A DNA stretch of 64,000 bases from Octopus sinensis (Eukaryota), in the NCBI RefSeq assembly GCF_006345805.1, contig NC_043001.1:90582001-90646000 (forward strand), read 5' to 3'. Below, piece by piece: positions 36,901-49,003 of the stretch. The position numbers and the translations under genes were made by a program. Within the stretch, counting starts at the first letter, position 1, and each line of letters starts with the position of its first letter. The notes under the pieces are model-generated. The model searched no databases. It worked only from the letters and a program-made list of their open reading frames with translations, and had not been told where the DNA came from.

Positions 36901-39900
36901 AAACCTATTCGACCTACTGTCCACCTACTTTCGGACCACCCTGTATAAATGAATATTCAAATAATTATTCCACATTTTTCTTAAATGAATAATGTAATAT
37001 AATTATTAGTACGTCTTAGGTAAATTAATGACCTAAGTACGTAAATATATAAAGAGTGTATTTATTTCGTCTCACTTTTAATATATTTTAGATCTGCGTT
37101 GAAGGAGGAGAATGTCACGAAGGAAGTCACTTTGCTGTGCTTGGAGGCAGTACAGAAATGCCATGGGCCTTTGACCGTCTCTATAAGATAGAAATTACTG
37201 ATGTTCTTGCTAATAATAATTTAGCTTTCGATTCACCTTTCACAATTAAGACGAAAATAGTTGCTCAAAACGGAACCGAATTGCCAGCAGGCATTCTTCC
37301 TGAAGCAACTGTAGTAAGGATCCCACCAGCCAGTAAGTACCTTTGCTTCCTATAATATATAAATACAAATATTTATGCATAAACAGGTCGACATTTCACA
37401 CTAATTTTCTATTCTTTCAATTATCTTTTCAGAGAAAGACATCGATGTTGACATTCCACTAAATCATATCCGACGAAATGTTGATTCTTTGGACGAAAGA
37501 GATATCCAGAATCTTATGGCAGCACTTACACGTGTTAAGGAAGACAAAAGTGACCATGGATTCCAGACTATCGCTGGTTATCATGGTTCAACGATGTGTC
37601 CTAGTCCAGATGACCCAAAATATGCCTGTTGCCTACATGGAATGCCAGTCTTCCCACATTGGCATCGTGTTTATTTGTTACATTTTGAAGATTCTATGCG
37701 CCGACATGGCTCCAGTGTTGCCACTCCTTATTGGGACTGGACAGATAAGCTTACGAAACTGCCCAGACTTTTAGGAGATCCTGACTACTATGATGCTTGG
37801 ACTGATAACGTAATCGAGAATCCTTTCCTTAGAGGCTACATTGAACATGAAGACACCTACACAGTCAGAGACATAAGACCGGAACTATTTGAAATCAGTG
37901 GAGGAGAGGGATCTACACTTTACAGACAAGTACTTCTCATGCTTGAACAAGAAGACTATTGCGACTTCGAAGTGCAATTTGAAGTTGTTCATAACTCTAT
38001 TCACTATCTTGTTGGTGGTCACCAGAAATATGCCATGTCCAGTTTGGTTTATAGTTCCTTTGATCCTCTCTTCTACATTCATCATTCAATGGTAAATAGC
38101 AAATAATTCATATATTTACCTTCATTTCTAATAATATTGTCTTTCTTTCCATAGTTTTCAAAATTATATTATGAAGTAAAATTAAATCTTCTTTCATCAT
38201 GCTACTTCTGCAAAGATCAACATCTTCTAACAGTCGCTCGTATATTTCAGTCAGTTGGAACGAATATATTTTATAAATAGCTTTCTTGATTCACTTTGTT
38301 ATTTCATCACATATTTTGGTGACGTTTTAAGTGATTTTCATCGTGTAAAGATCATTGTATCATTGTTCCGCCATAGAAGGACGTTTTTTCCTATCTTTTC
38401 TTTCTCATTAAATTCAGGTTGATCGTCTCTGGGCTATTTGGCAAGCTCTCCAGGAACACAGAAAATTACCTTATGATAAAGCTTACTGTGCCCTAGAGCA
38501 ACTGTCATTCCCGATGAAGCCGTTTTCTTGGGAAACCAACCCGAATCTACATACACGAGCTGCAGCAACACCACAGCATCTATTTAACTACCATAAACTT
38601 GGTTATAAATATGATAATCTTGACTTCCATGGAATGGATATTGATCAATTGGAGAAGACTATTCATAAACACCAGAACACAGACAGAGTTTTTGCTTCAT
38701 TCTTACTTTTTGGCATCAAAACTTCAGCTGATGTCCATTTGAAACTCTGCAACGACACAACTTGTGAAGACGCTGGTGTGGTCTTTGTACTTGGTGGCGA
38801 CAATGAAATGCCATGGCATTTTGATAGAACATACAAGATGGATATTACTCATGTTATCCATAAAATGCATATTCCTCTGGAAGACCTGTACGTTCACGGA
38901 AGCACTATTCACCTTGAAGTTGTAATTGAAACAGTTGATGGAAAAGTATTAGATTCCAGTTCTTTACCTGCTCCTACAATGATATATGTCCCAGCTAGAG
39001 GTTTGTTGAATATTGTATTCTCTTTCTAACCTTTTTCTCTTCTCTTTAACTTTACGTCAAATATCAAGTTATTTTTGTCAGTTGACTGTTAAAACTGTTA
39101 CCGTCAAGGTTTGTCCATTTGTTCATATATTTCGACGAATCCATTGTTCAAAACAGGTATTCATTTTTTGTTCTTCTACAGATTTCAAGAAAGAGGTACA
39201 CAAGATAGCCGCAGAAGGTGCCATAATCAGGAAGAATGTCAATAGTTTGACTCCAACTGACATCAAAGACCTAAGAGACGCCTTAGCTAAAGTACAAGCT
39301 GACTCTTCTGACAATGGTTACCAGAAAATCGCTTCTTATCACGGAATACCTCTCAGTTGTCATTATCCCAACGGCACAGCTTACGCATGTTGTCAACATG
39401 GAATGGTAACTTTCCCTCACTGGCATAGATTGTTAGTTAAACAAATGGAAGACGCTTTAGTTGCTCATGGTTCTCACATTGGTATTCCCTACTGGGACTG
39501 GACAACTACTTTCGCTAATTTACCTGTACTGGTCACTGAGAAGGAAAACAACCCCTTCCACCATGCTCATATTGATGTTGTCAATAAAGATACAACCAGA
39601 GCACCGAGAGCTCAACTTTTTGATGATCCAGAAAAAGGAGATAAATCATTCTTCTACCGCCAGATAGCACTTGCTCTGGAACAAACAGATTTCTGTGATT
39701 TTGAAATCCAGTTCGAAATCGGCCATAATGCTATCCATTCTTGGGTTGGAGGTAGTAGTCAATATGGTATGTCAACCCTTCACTATACTTCCTATGATCC
39801 TCTCTTCTACCTTCATCACTCCAATACTGACCGTATTTGGGCTGTATGGCAAGCATTGCAGAAGTATCGAGGATTGCCTTACAATTCTGCCAACTGTGAA

Positions 39901-40401
39901 ATCAATAAACTTACTAAGCCACTGAAGCCGTTCAACTTGGATAGCAATCATAACGCTGTTACAAAGGCTCATTCAACTGGCAAAACAGCGTTCAATTACC
40001 ATGATCTTGGTTATGATTATGACAATCTTAATTTCCATGGTATGACCATTCCTGAATTGGAAGAACACCTTAAAGAAATACAACATGAAGACAGAGTATT
40101 TGCTGGTTTCTTACTTCGTACCATTGGTCAATCTGCTGACGTCAATTTCGATATCTGCACCAACGATGGTGATTGTGCGTTTGGAGGTACGTTCTGTATT
40201 CTCGGTGGAGAACATGAGATGTTCTGGGCATTTGACCGTCTTTTTAAATATGATATCACCACAAGTCTGAAACATTTGCGTTTAGATGCTCATGATGATT
40301 TCGATATAAAGGTTACTATTAAAAGTATCGATGGTCATACTTTACCAAATAGCTATCTCACCCCTCCGACGGTTTTCTTCGTTCCGGCCAAAGGACACTA
40401 G
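24917..40401 (+). CDS. Hc: Hemocyanin subunit, gene 1 (complete; join 24917-24955,26300-26324,27292-28524,29319-29781,30285-31066,31276-32517,32692-33939,34376-35394,37092-37332,37433-38091,38418-39000,39182-40401)
   Basis: Seven type-3 copper FUs with H...C-x-HG...FPxWHR (CuA) and HNxIH...DPxFxxHHSxxDR (CuB) motifs; all introns GT-AG with compatible phases; phase-1 linker introns between FUs; exon lengths sum to 8754 nt (divisible by 3); mature N-terminus NLIRK; 7-FU layout is octopod-type. Confidence 0.97.
25033..26140 (+). mobile_element. Head-to-tail stack of ~6 family 1 SINEs in Hc gene 1 intron 1
   Basis: Heads at ~25037, 25209, 25438, 25676, 25935 plus a headless copy at ~25797. Confidence 0.88.
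26300..26324 (+). CDS. Hc: Hc gene 1 exon 2, 25-nt micro-exon of signal peptide (FLLCGSAEG)
   Basis: TTTCTAG acceptor, GTAACC donor; phase 0/1 joins exon 1 to exon 3 giving AEG/NLIRK cleavage site; homologue at 54983. Confidence 0.88.
27292..28524 (+). CDS. Hc: Hc gene 1 exon 3, FU-a
   Basis: ORF 27312-28532 with CCLHGMPTFPLWHR and HNPIH/HHSNVER; TTTCAG acceptor, GTAAGT donor. Confidence 0.97.
29319..29781 (+). CDS. Hc: Hc gene 1 exon 4, FU-b N-terminal part
   Basis: CCVHGMSTFPHWHR; ATAG acceptor, GTTTGT phase-2 donor. Confidence 0.95.
30285..31066 (+). CDS. Hc: Hc gene 1 exon 5, FU-b C-terminal part
   Basis: HNAIH...DPLFWLHHSQVDR; TTAG acceptor, GTAAGT donor. Confidence 0.95.
31276..32517 (+). 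CDS. Hc: Hc gene 1 exon 6, FU-c
   Basis: CCHHGMATFPHWHR, HNHIH, HHSNVDR; TTCAG/GTAAGT. Confidence 0.96.
32692..33939 (+). CDS. Hc: Hc gene 1 exon 7, FU-d
   Basis: CCIHGMPTFPHWHR, HNTIH, HHSNIDR; TACAG/GTAAGA. Confidence 0.96.
34376..35394 (+). CDS. Hc: Hc gene 1 exon 8, FU-e N-terminal part
   Basis: CCLHGMATFPHWHR, HNAIH, HHSNVDR; TTCAG/GTAAGT phase 0. Confidence 0.96.
35606..36943 (-). mobile_element. Tc1/mariner DNA transposon (DD41D/rosa-like), decayed transposase, in Hc gene 1 intron 8
   Basis: 26-bp TIRs CAGGGT(T/G)GTCC(A/G)AAAGTAGGTGGACA, TA TSD; fragments TDEPSF, TVWGSIS, YSPDLTPIDFF; stops and frameshifts. Confidence 0.92.
37092..37332 (+). CDS. Hc: Hc gene 1 exon 9, FU-e C-terminal part
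   Basis: ICVEGGECHEGSHFAVLGGSTEMPWAFDRL; TTTAG/GTAAGT. Confidence 0.94.
37433..38091 (+). CDS. Hc: Hc gene 1 exon 10, FU-f N-terminal part
   Basis: CCLHGMPVFPHWHR, HNSIH, ends HHSM; TTCAG/GTAAAT. Confidence 0.95.
38418..39000 (+). CDS. Hc: Hc gene 1 exon 11, FU-f C-terminal part
   Basis: Resumes VDRLWAIWQ after TTCAG; GTTTGT donor. Confidence 0.94.
39182..40401 (+). CDS. Hc: Hc gene 1 exon 12, FU-g and stop
   Basis: AIIRKNVNSL, YPNGT sequon, CCQHGMVTFPHWHR, HNAIH, HHSNTDR, TAG at 40399-40401. Confidence 0.96.
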
Positions 40402-40495
40402 AATTTATTCTGCTTCTTTATATGATCTTTGAACGAATTAACTGGGAGAGATTTACTACTTGACAATGAAATATTTTTTTGCTGCATTTTCATTC

Positions 40496-40501
40496 AATAA
40501 A
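40496..40501 (+). terminator. Polyadenylation signal of Hc gene 1
   Basis: AATAAA 95 nt after stop, followed by T/GT-rich sequence. Confidence 0.7.
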
Positions 40502-42634
40502 AGTATTGCAAGCAATTAGTAATCTTGTTTTCATTATTTTCTACTCTCTTTTAGTATTTGTGTTTTGAATATATTTTTCTTGTGTTTGGTAGAGATATCG
40601 TCAATATAAACAAGAATTTACACAATCATTATATAATAATTTTGTTTAGCGACGACACAATATTCAGTTTACAAACTAAAGCATCATAATATCAGAGGAA
40701 TATATCTTAAAGTGCCAAACTGATATTTACACACAGTCACTCAAAGGGATGCTTTTGATATGCAGGTACGATTATGCATTTCACTTCTTTTTAAATGCAA
40801 CCAATTTCTTATTATATCTCAAGGTATTTAAGCAATGAGACGCAAATGTAATATAACAGTATCAGTTGTAATTAAATGCATCTCATTATTAACGACGTAG
40901 GTAAATGTTGGATCTGTGATAACATTTGCAGTTGTTTGAATAAAATTAAGCCACTGTGATTGCTAAGTATCAACCACCATTTACTGATCTTTCCTTGACA
41001 CATCTTACTCAAAGCATAGCAAATATTGCATTCCAATGATTAGCCAGGATCAGGAAACATTTCTGGTCAGCTACTGACTCTGCAACACTCAAGTCAAGTC
41101 AACTTTTAGATGAAATGTCCGGAAACTATGCAGTTACAATTATATGCAAAAATGCTAGTCCGTCGGCAAACGTTTTCACGAGAGTGCCCCATGCAAACAA
41201 TAATCTTTTAAAACGTATCCGTAGAAAATTCTGAGTGTTAGATTATCATTTTTAATATATCTATATTTTACAAATTATTCTACGGGAGGATGATGACAAA
41301 ATGCTTTCAAACGTTCTTTAAAAAAGTCTGTTTAGAGAACCGTTAAACTGTAAATTGTCTGAATTGGCTATCATTGGAAATTGCATGCTTGTTTTAAGAT
41401 AGATATTCATAAAAAGTAAAATTACAGTGGTAATAAATCAGAAATAATTTTCACGAAAACCTTTTTGTTTATTTTTTGTTTATAATATATAACAGAGAAA
41501 CAGAAATAAATAGAAACATTTCAAGAAGTATATTGAAGCAGTTTCTAATGAATATATTTTAAAAATCAGTTTAAAAAATAATAAAGTATAAATAGTATTG
41601 TATATCATAAACATTTTCAATAATAATTAAAATCAATGTGTTTAAATATGACTGTTCAAAAATGTATCTGCTGTATATTATACCTTAATAAGACAGAATA
41701 AATATAAATGTTTATAAAATGAAAATTTAAAAAAAATAATTAAAATCTATTTTACTATTAGCGAGACTTACTATTCGTCCAGCTATAACATACTTTATAT
41801 CAGGATTGTATTTAACAAATTTAAAATTTATGCAAGCAACAGTGACTTCATGAGTAACTACTATAAAAATTAGAACATCTATAGATTTGACATAGTTCAT
41901 CGCTGAAACATTGATCCTCAGAAGCATGTTGAGAAAATATTAATATATTGTTACGGTAAGATTTTCAGACAGGCACCAGTTTCAGAAATGAAATTCTAAA
42001 GTTTCAACACACCGATCTCAGCATTTTTCAGCCCTAGTCAATCTTTTTCAATGTTTTTTTTTTCTATTTTAGTTTTCACGTCTACAACTCTTTGCTTATG
42101 AATTTAACTGCTTTGCAAATTAATCAGTTTTGTCCAAAATTATCCAATTCAATGCACTGCATACTTTCTAGATTCTAATAACATAGAGTTACTTAGAAAT
42201 AATTATGAAAGATCATGTACGACAATTATCGGAAAGAGTAAAGAGCGGATATTGATAAATCAGTCACTCTTTTATCCAGAATCAATACGATTTCGGCATT
42301 TGAAAACATTCGGTATCCTTCATTTGGAAAACACCAGGGTTCACATATAAAAAAGAAACAAGTCTTACAACTAAAGACAAATGGGGCGGAGTCGAAAGAC
42401 TGGTGCGAAAAATAGAAACATATTGAATATAAGCAAAGATGTCTTTCGGCTTAAGATAGACACAGGGAAAAATACTAGCGTGCAGAGAAAATATGAAAAA
42501 AACTTACTTCGAAAGAAGTGGTATATATTTTTCAAAAATCATTTGTGACGACATATGAGCAATAAAAACACAAAAACCTCAAAAGAAAATTCATGATGAG
42601 GAAATATTCACAGTTCAGGAAACACGTTAGCAGT

Positions 42635-43470
42635 CGTTTACTGGCTTAATGGAGTTGTGAAGTGTCAATTGGTGAAACCAGGTTTACTGACCTGGATTTT
42701 GCTGAAGATACGGTTATTCTACCTGAGTCTCTGGATGTCGTAAGGAGTTCTCTCTTTTCATTAGGTGAGGAAGTGGAACCACTTGGCTTTAGAGTTTCTT
42801 AGTTCAAGACAAAGATTCAGTCTTTTGTTGGTTTCCTGTGGCACTTCATTTCGTCTATCTCTGTTGCATGTGGAAATGTCGAAGTTGCTTGCCGCTTCAC
42901 TTATCTCAGCAACGTGATCCGTGTCAGCTTTAAGTGCGAATCCAAAGTTTCAAAGCCTCTTGGGCAGTTGGGGACTCAGTGAACAAGGGTTTTTGGTGCT
43001 ACTGATATTTGAGCAGGAGGACAAATGTCTTAAAGTCTTAAAGTCTTTGGTGCTTCATGTCTTTCTCTACAGTTGCGAGACCTGGACGCTTTCCGGGGCC
43101 CTAGGGGCCACCTGAATGCCTTTAATATCAGGACACTTCGCAGGATTATGGGATTCCCAAAGACAATACTCAAAAACTAAGATGTCTTGTTACTTGTATG
43201 ATTCGAGAACATCATCTTAGACTGTTTGGTTATGTTGCTCGATTTCTTGAGATGGATCCAGCATACATGTTATCTTTTCTGAGGATTCGGCTGGGGAAAC
43301 AGCTAGTGTTGGGTTGTCACGTGCCTCATCGTCCTGACAGATGAGGAAGTGCTTCACGGAAACTGACTGGGACACTGCTTAGAGGGTTACCCAGGACAGT
43401 CCGAGCAGATATCGACAACTGGTGGATGCAGCAACGCGCGGCAGTGCTACATGCCCCCGTACCTGACCTG
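42635..43470 (+). mobile_element. RTE/RTEX-like LINE 3' fragment
   Basis: DLDFAED (FADD-like), FTYL, LYSCETWTL, LRLFGYVAR; ACCTGACCTGA tail. Confidence 0.8.
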
Positions 43471-43573
43471 AATAACAACGACACAGTAGTAGTAAAAGTA
43501 TATTATCTTTAACGAATCAGTGAAGAACAAAATACATTTGCAGTAACACACTATTATAAGTAGGTATATATAT

Positions 43574-43787
43574 TGGTTTCAAATTTTGGTACAAGGCCAG
43601 CAAGTTCGAGTGAATGCGTAAGTCGATTACATCGACCCCACAACGCAACTGGTTCTTATTTTATCGACATCAAAAGGATGAAAAGAAAAGTCGACCTCGG
43701 GGGAATTTGAACTCAAAATGTAAAGACGGACAAAATGCCGTTAAGCATTTTGCCTGGCGTGCTAACAGTTCTGTCAGCTCACCGCCA
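43574..43787 (-). mobile_element. SINE family 1, tail type C
   Basis: Family consensus; TSD ATAAGTAG(G/T)TATATAT. Confidence 0.88.
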
Positions 43788-44151
43788 TAAGTAGTTATAT
43801 ATTAATAGCAAACATGAACAATCTCAGTAAAAGATATTAAGAAGAAAAAAACAGTAACAGTTATGAAGAAACACCAGCATTAAAGACACATTCATAACAT
43901 ATAATCATTAATTATAAAGAAGCAAAATTCAATGAAACATTTACAATAACGGAACGCAGAGTCTAGAAATATTCACAGTCGAGATATTCGCAATCAAACA
44001 ACATCCCAATATCGATCAAAATTCGCAGTAGTGATATACTATCAGTGAAGAAAAATTGACAGACAAGAAATATTCACAGTAGATCAACATTCATACCTAA
44101 GAAACGGCCACAGTAGCCAAAAATTTAGAATATCCAAACTTCCAAGACAAA

Positions 44152-44412
44152 TATTTTTCTAATTTTGGTAGAAAGCCAGTAATTACAGGGAGAGGGATAA
44201 GTCGGCGGTGATCAACAGTTACTTATTTTATAGGCCTTGAAAGGATAAAAAGCAAACCCAACTTCAACGGCATATGAAGTCTGAAAAGAATCAGAAGAAA
44301 AGCTGCAAAACATTATGCCCGAGGCGCTAACGATTCAGTCAACTCACGATTTCATTCACAAAAATATTGGTTTCAAATTTCGGTACAAGGCCGGCAATTT
44401 TAGGTGAGGGGT
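44152..44412 (-). mobile_element. Old family 1 SINE plus a second tail fragment
   Basis: GAAAGGATAAAAAGCAAA, GCTAACGATTC, TTGGTTTCAAATTTCGGTACAAGGCC. Confidence 0.65.
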
Positions 44413-44477
44413 AGAAATATTTACAACTGAGAAACATTGACAGTTAATAAACTTTCACAACTAAGATACATTCACAG

Positions 44478-47238
44478 TTTTTTTTCATTTCAAAGCTGTG
44501 GCCATGCTGGGGCACCGCCGTTTTGCTACACTGTTATTATTGAGAGCCTCCTCCGATATGTGGCATTTGGTGAATAAGGGAGTTTGATGTCGCTGCCCTC
44601 ATTTAAGCCTCCTGCCGCGAGATAGATTCATAAGGGACTCTTGACAGGAAGAGATCCAGTTTTGTCTTGAAAGCACCTACATCCACTTTGTGTAGGTCTT
44701 TCAGGCTCTTTGAGAGAATATTAAAAATCTGTGGGCTCTTGAAACCCATGCTGTTGTAGTAACTGGTCCTGAAGCTCGACCGCATTGTTGGAATCTTTGG
44801 CACTGTGCAGTGGCGATCCGTTCTGGCATCTGTGTAGCTTTCAATACCAAAATTTAGCACAATTCCTTCCATGATCTTCCAGATGTATATCACTGCATAT
44901 CTCTACTGCCTTCGCTCCAGGGAGTAGAGTCTTAGCTGTTTCAGCCTTTCCCAGTGGCTGAGCTGCTGCAATGAAACGATATTCTTTGTGAAGTTTTGCT
45001 GGATTGCTTCAAGGCCCGCTGTTAATTTTACACTGTGGAGTGACCATAGTAGGGAGCAGTAGTCAATGCAGCTAAGGACGAAATTCCTCCAAAAGTCCAT
45101 CATGGTTTCCTTCTCTCTGGGTCTGAAGGTTCTCAGGATCCAGCCAGCCGTCTACACTTTGTCGCCATCTTGGTAATGTACACTTGGAAAGAGGTATCAT
45201 CACTCAGGCCGATACCCAGGTTATGCACTGATTTAGGCTTTGGGATTGTAATCGCTCCTGGCCCAGTGTATCCTGTAAGTTTTTCATTTAGTTTTGGGTA
45301 CTAGTAGCGCAGGGCTTGGAATTTTCCAGCATTAAACTGAATATCATTGTCCTCAGCCCATCTGTAAATGGCGGCCAACTCCTAATGCAGACATGCAACA
45401 TCGCTAGAGTTTTGTATTTTCTGTGACACTTTCGTATCGTCTGCGTAGCTAGCAAGGGCGACTATCCAAGCAGCTGAGGGCATATCTGAGAAGACCACTA
45501 TGAAAAGCAGTGGTTCCAAGACAATGCCCTATAGGTGGAACACCACTCACTATTTGTATTTTCTTTGAAGTGGCTCCACTGGCCACCGCTGTCTGACTTT
45601 TATCTTTCAGAAAGTCATGTAACCACTCTCCAAGTTTTCCAGCTATACCAAGATTGCGTGGTTAGTGGCATATCATATCATGATCAACTTTATCAAAAGC
45701 TTTTGCAAAATCAAGATATATTACGACCACATTTGAGTCGTTGAGTGACTTTTTCAGCACCTAATCATAGTGCTGTAGAAACTGGGTCAGGCAGTTTCTA
45801 CCTGGTCGAAAACCATGCTGGGTATCGCTCAGCAAGTCATTTTCTTCAAGGAATGTGACTAGTTTCCCTCTGACTATTCGTTCCATGACTTAGCTGATCT
45901 GTGAAGTCAGAGAGATAGGCATATAATTTTCGGTACCTGTTCTGCTTCCTCCTTTATGGATTGGGCATTTTATTCTCTCCTTCAATTTGCTTGGCAACTT
46001 ACCTTTTGCAAGAAAACTCTGGAAGAGCATTTGTAGTGGTTTTGCCAGGGCACGCTTGCACGATTTGAAGAGGATTGCAGGAAAACAATCAGGGCCAGCA
46101 GTTAAGTTTGCGTCTGGAAGAGGGGTTCTGTTTTGTAGCGTACTGAGACTGTTTCTTTGGCATAATCAAAGAAGGCCTTTGGGTTTGACTAGATGTTTTT
46201 TTTATTACCCAGGTTTTTTATTTGCTCTCTTTTGGCCCATACATAGACAGGTCTATTATGCTGTGATCCGAAGCTGATGTCGGTGTCACTTTCACATTAT
46301 GAACAACGTCCATATTGTTTGTGAAGCAGAGATCCAATATGTTATTTGTCCTGGTTGGTCGAAGCACAATTTGCTCCATGAATAGGGTATTGGTGAGGTT
46401 TTGCAAGGACTCCACCTGTACTTATTTGCAATGAGTCATTCCTGAGAACATGAGGCCCTCGGGCCATTTGATACTGGGGAAGTTGAAATCACCTATCAGA
46501 AACACACTCACGTGATGTTCCGGTTTCATGAGGGTTTCTTTAATTCTTATGAGGCAATCTTCAAACTTGCCTATGTGGTTTGGAGCATCCGGTGGGCGAT
46601 ATGTATTGCATATGACTATATTGTGTTGTCTTATGTATACAACTTGAGCGTCACATGCTGAATTTGAGCATGACAGTATACAGCAACTCCACCATGGCTC
46701 CTTTCCTTTCTGTCCGCTCGCAGTATGGTATATTTCGGTACGTATACTTATGCATCCTCTATATCAGGCCTAAGGGCTTGACTGCATGCAGCAAGGTCTC
46801 TCAGGAAAAATATTTTGTTTTTGTTGTTGTGATGCAACAAGCCTCCAATATTTAATAGAAATATTGGCGTGACGACTTTGCTGGCGTTATGGAAGGCCAT
46901 CCCATCTCTGTTGTTTGTGGTGGTCTTGCGCAGTGGTGGGTAAGGTTCCTTGTTTGCGCTTGATATAGCCAGATCAGCTGCTGCACAGACTTTTGCGCCA
47001 TGCACAAAAAAGACATTTTCTCAGCTGCTACCATTTTCATAACATCTGAATAGTGCGCTGCATGTGCGTACTTACTCTTTGGAGACGACTGGTGCCTCTC
47101 CTCTGAGAAGTATTTCCCCATAAGGTCTCTGCAGTTTTGGTAGGGTCTCAGGTGAGCAAACCGGCAGTTTCTACCGTTTTCCCCATGCCAACATTTACCT
47201 TGCAGGTAAAATTTTCATGTCCTTCTCGTCTTTACTCC
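44478..47238 (-). mobile_element. CR1-like LINE, decayed
   Basis: YRPP, GDFNFP, PTRTNNILDL (APE); QHGFRPGR, DFAKAFDKVDH, YADDTK (RT); YCSLLWS, LYSLERR; A-rich tail at 44478-44490. Confidence 0.9.
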
Positions 47239-47615
47239 ATTAAGAAACATTTGCAACTAAGAAACATTCAGAGTTCAGAAAAATTCACTGTTAACAAATA
47301 TTCACAACTGAGAAACATTCCCAATCGAGAAACATCCACAGTTAAGAAACATTCACAATAAAGAAACATTCAAAGTTAAGAGACATTCACAACTAAGAAA
47401 CAGACAGTGTTAAGAAACATGAACAGTTATGAACCATTCACAATTAAAAGTCATTCTCGCTGAAGACAGATTACCTCGAAAGAGACATTTATTGCATAGC
47501 TATTCACTGAAAATACACATTAACACTTAAGAGATATTGACAGTAAATTAAAATTCTGTATAATGAAGTTTTAACAGTAGATGCAATAACATTATTGAGA
47601 TATTAGCGTAACTGT

Positions 47616-47932
47616 AAGCGACGAGCTGGCAGAATCATTAGCACGCCGGGTTAAACGCTAAGCGCCATTTCGTCCGTCTTTACATTCTGAATCGAAATTC
47701 CGCCGAGGTCGACTTTGCCTGTCATCCTTTCGGGGTCGATAAAATAAGTACCAGCTGGGTACTAGGTTCGATTGCATCGGCTTATGTCCTTTCCCTGAAT
47801 GTGCTGGCCTTATACCAGAATTTGAAACTAATATTAGCGTAACTAAGGCGGCGAGCTGGCAGAATTGTTAGCACGCCTGACAAAATGCTTAGCAGCATTT
47901 CGTCTGTCTTTATTTTCTGAGTTCAAATGCCA
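47616..47932 (+). mobile_element. Two tandem family 1 SINEs (second truncated)
   Basis: Each preceded by ATATTAGCGTAACT (47600-47613, 47831-47844). Confidence 0.88.
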
Positions 47933-48465
47933 CTGGAAGTTGGCTAAAAATTCCAGATCATCTATAAATTCTTCCAAGAGATACAGAGTCTGCATTCCAG
48001 AAAAGAGTATCATTATGAGGAAATTTATAAAAAGCAGATTTGACCTTAATGGTAAAACGATAAATTCTTACTTAGGCACCTGAACACCCTCCTCATTATC
48101 CAGATTTTCCTAATAAACTTTTGGCCTAAGACAAACAGAAGATGACACGGGAGATAACTCCCTGTTGAAAACATGAGTATAGATACATGCTTAGCTAAAG
48201 AGATATAAATTTCAAATTTCAATTTTTCCTCGCATGACTTGAGTGCAGTAACAGATGACTTCCGGTTACTTTGAATAATTTCCAATCTGCCTAGATACTT
48301 TTTTTGCACTGATTAAAGTCCAAAGTATTTTCCATAATATTTTCCGAAAGAATTTTTAGGCATGAGGCAAACAATTCCTTTTCTGACTGGAAATTAATGT
48401 ACATTTAGGGAAGCGAGGATGGGTAATTTCTGATTCCTCATTATTTTCTGCCTACCAATTTGAAA

Positions 48466-49003
48466 GTGGAGGCGCGTGGCTTAGTGGTTAGGTTGTCAGC
48501 ACTATGATCGTAAGATTGTGGTTTCGATTCCTGGACCGCGATGTGTTGTGTTCTTGAGCAAAACACTTCATTTCACGTTGCTCCAGTTCACTCAGCTGGC
48601 AAAAGTGGGTAACGCTGTGATGGACTGGTGTTCCGTGCAGCTGGGGAACACATACGCCATTGAAACCGGGAAACCGGGCCCATGAGCCTGGCTAGGCTTT
48701 AAAAGGGCGCAGTGGAGGCGCAATGACCCAGTGATTAGAGCAGCGGTTTCGATTCCCAGACCGGGCGTTGTGTGGGTTTATTGAACGAAAACACCTAAAA
48801 AGCTCCACGAGTCTCCGGCAGGGGGTGGTGGCGACCCCTGTTGTACTCTTTCGCCACAACTTTCTCTCACTCTCTCTTCCTATTTCTTGAGTAACGCTGC
48901 GATGGACTGGCGTCCCGTCCAGCTGGGGGGAGCACACGCCACAGAAACCGGGAAACCGGGCCCATGAGCCTGGCTAGGCTTGAAAAGGGCGACGTTTATT
49001 GTT
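48466..49003 (+). mobile_element. Family 3 SINE heterodimer
   Basis: GTGGAGGC heads at 48466 and 48712, same CCCATGAGCCTGGCTAGGCTT tail; 13-bp TSD TACCAATTTGAAA at 48453-48465 and 49004-49016. Confidence 0.9.

Larger units (their letters stand above)
42580..47600. repeat. Degenerate 17-bp tandem array (consensus ~TAAGAAACATTCACAGT), interrupted by several TEs
   Basis: Clear units at 47241-47450 and 44412-44478; weaker at 43930-44115 and 42582-42625. Confidence 0.75.

Noticed and set aside
39001-39181. N-terminal extension of the FU-g ORF from 39013 suggesting a stand-alone FU-g
   Set aside because: Lies in a canonical GT-AG phase-1 linker intron; non-ATG start; chance open frame
27345-39972. 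Short antisense and alternative-frame ORFs within Hc exons, repeated in gene 2
   Set aside because: Shadows of the coding strand; their conservation follows from near-identical exons
47241-47450. Regular short repeats as a CRISPR-like array
   Set aside because: Eukaryotic locus, contiguous degenerate units without unique spacers, no cas genes
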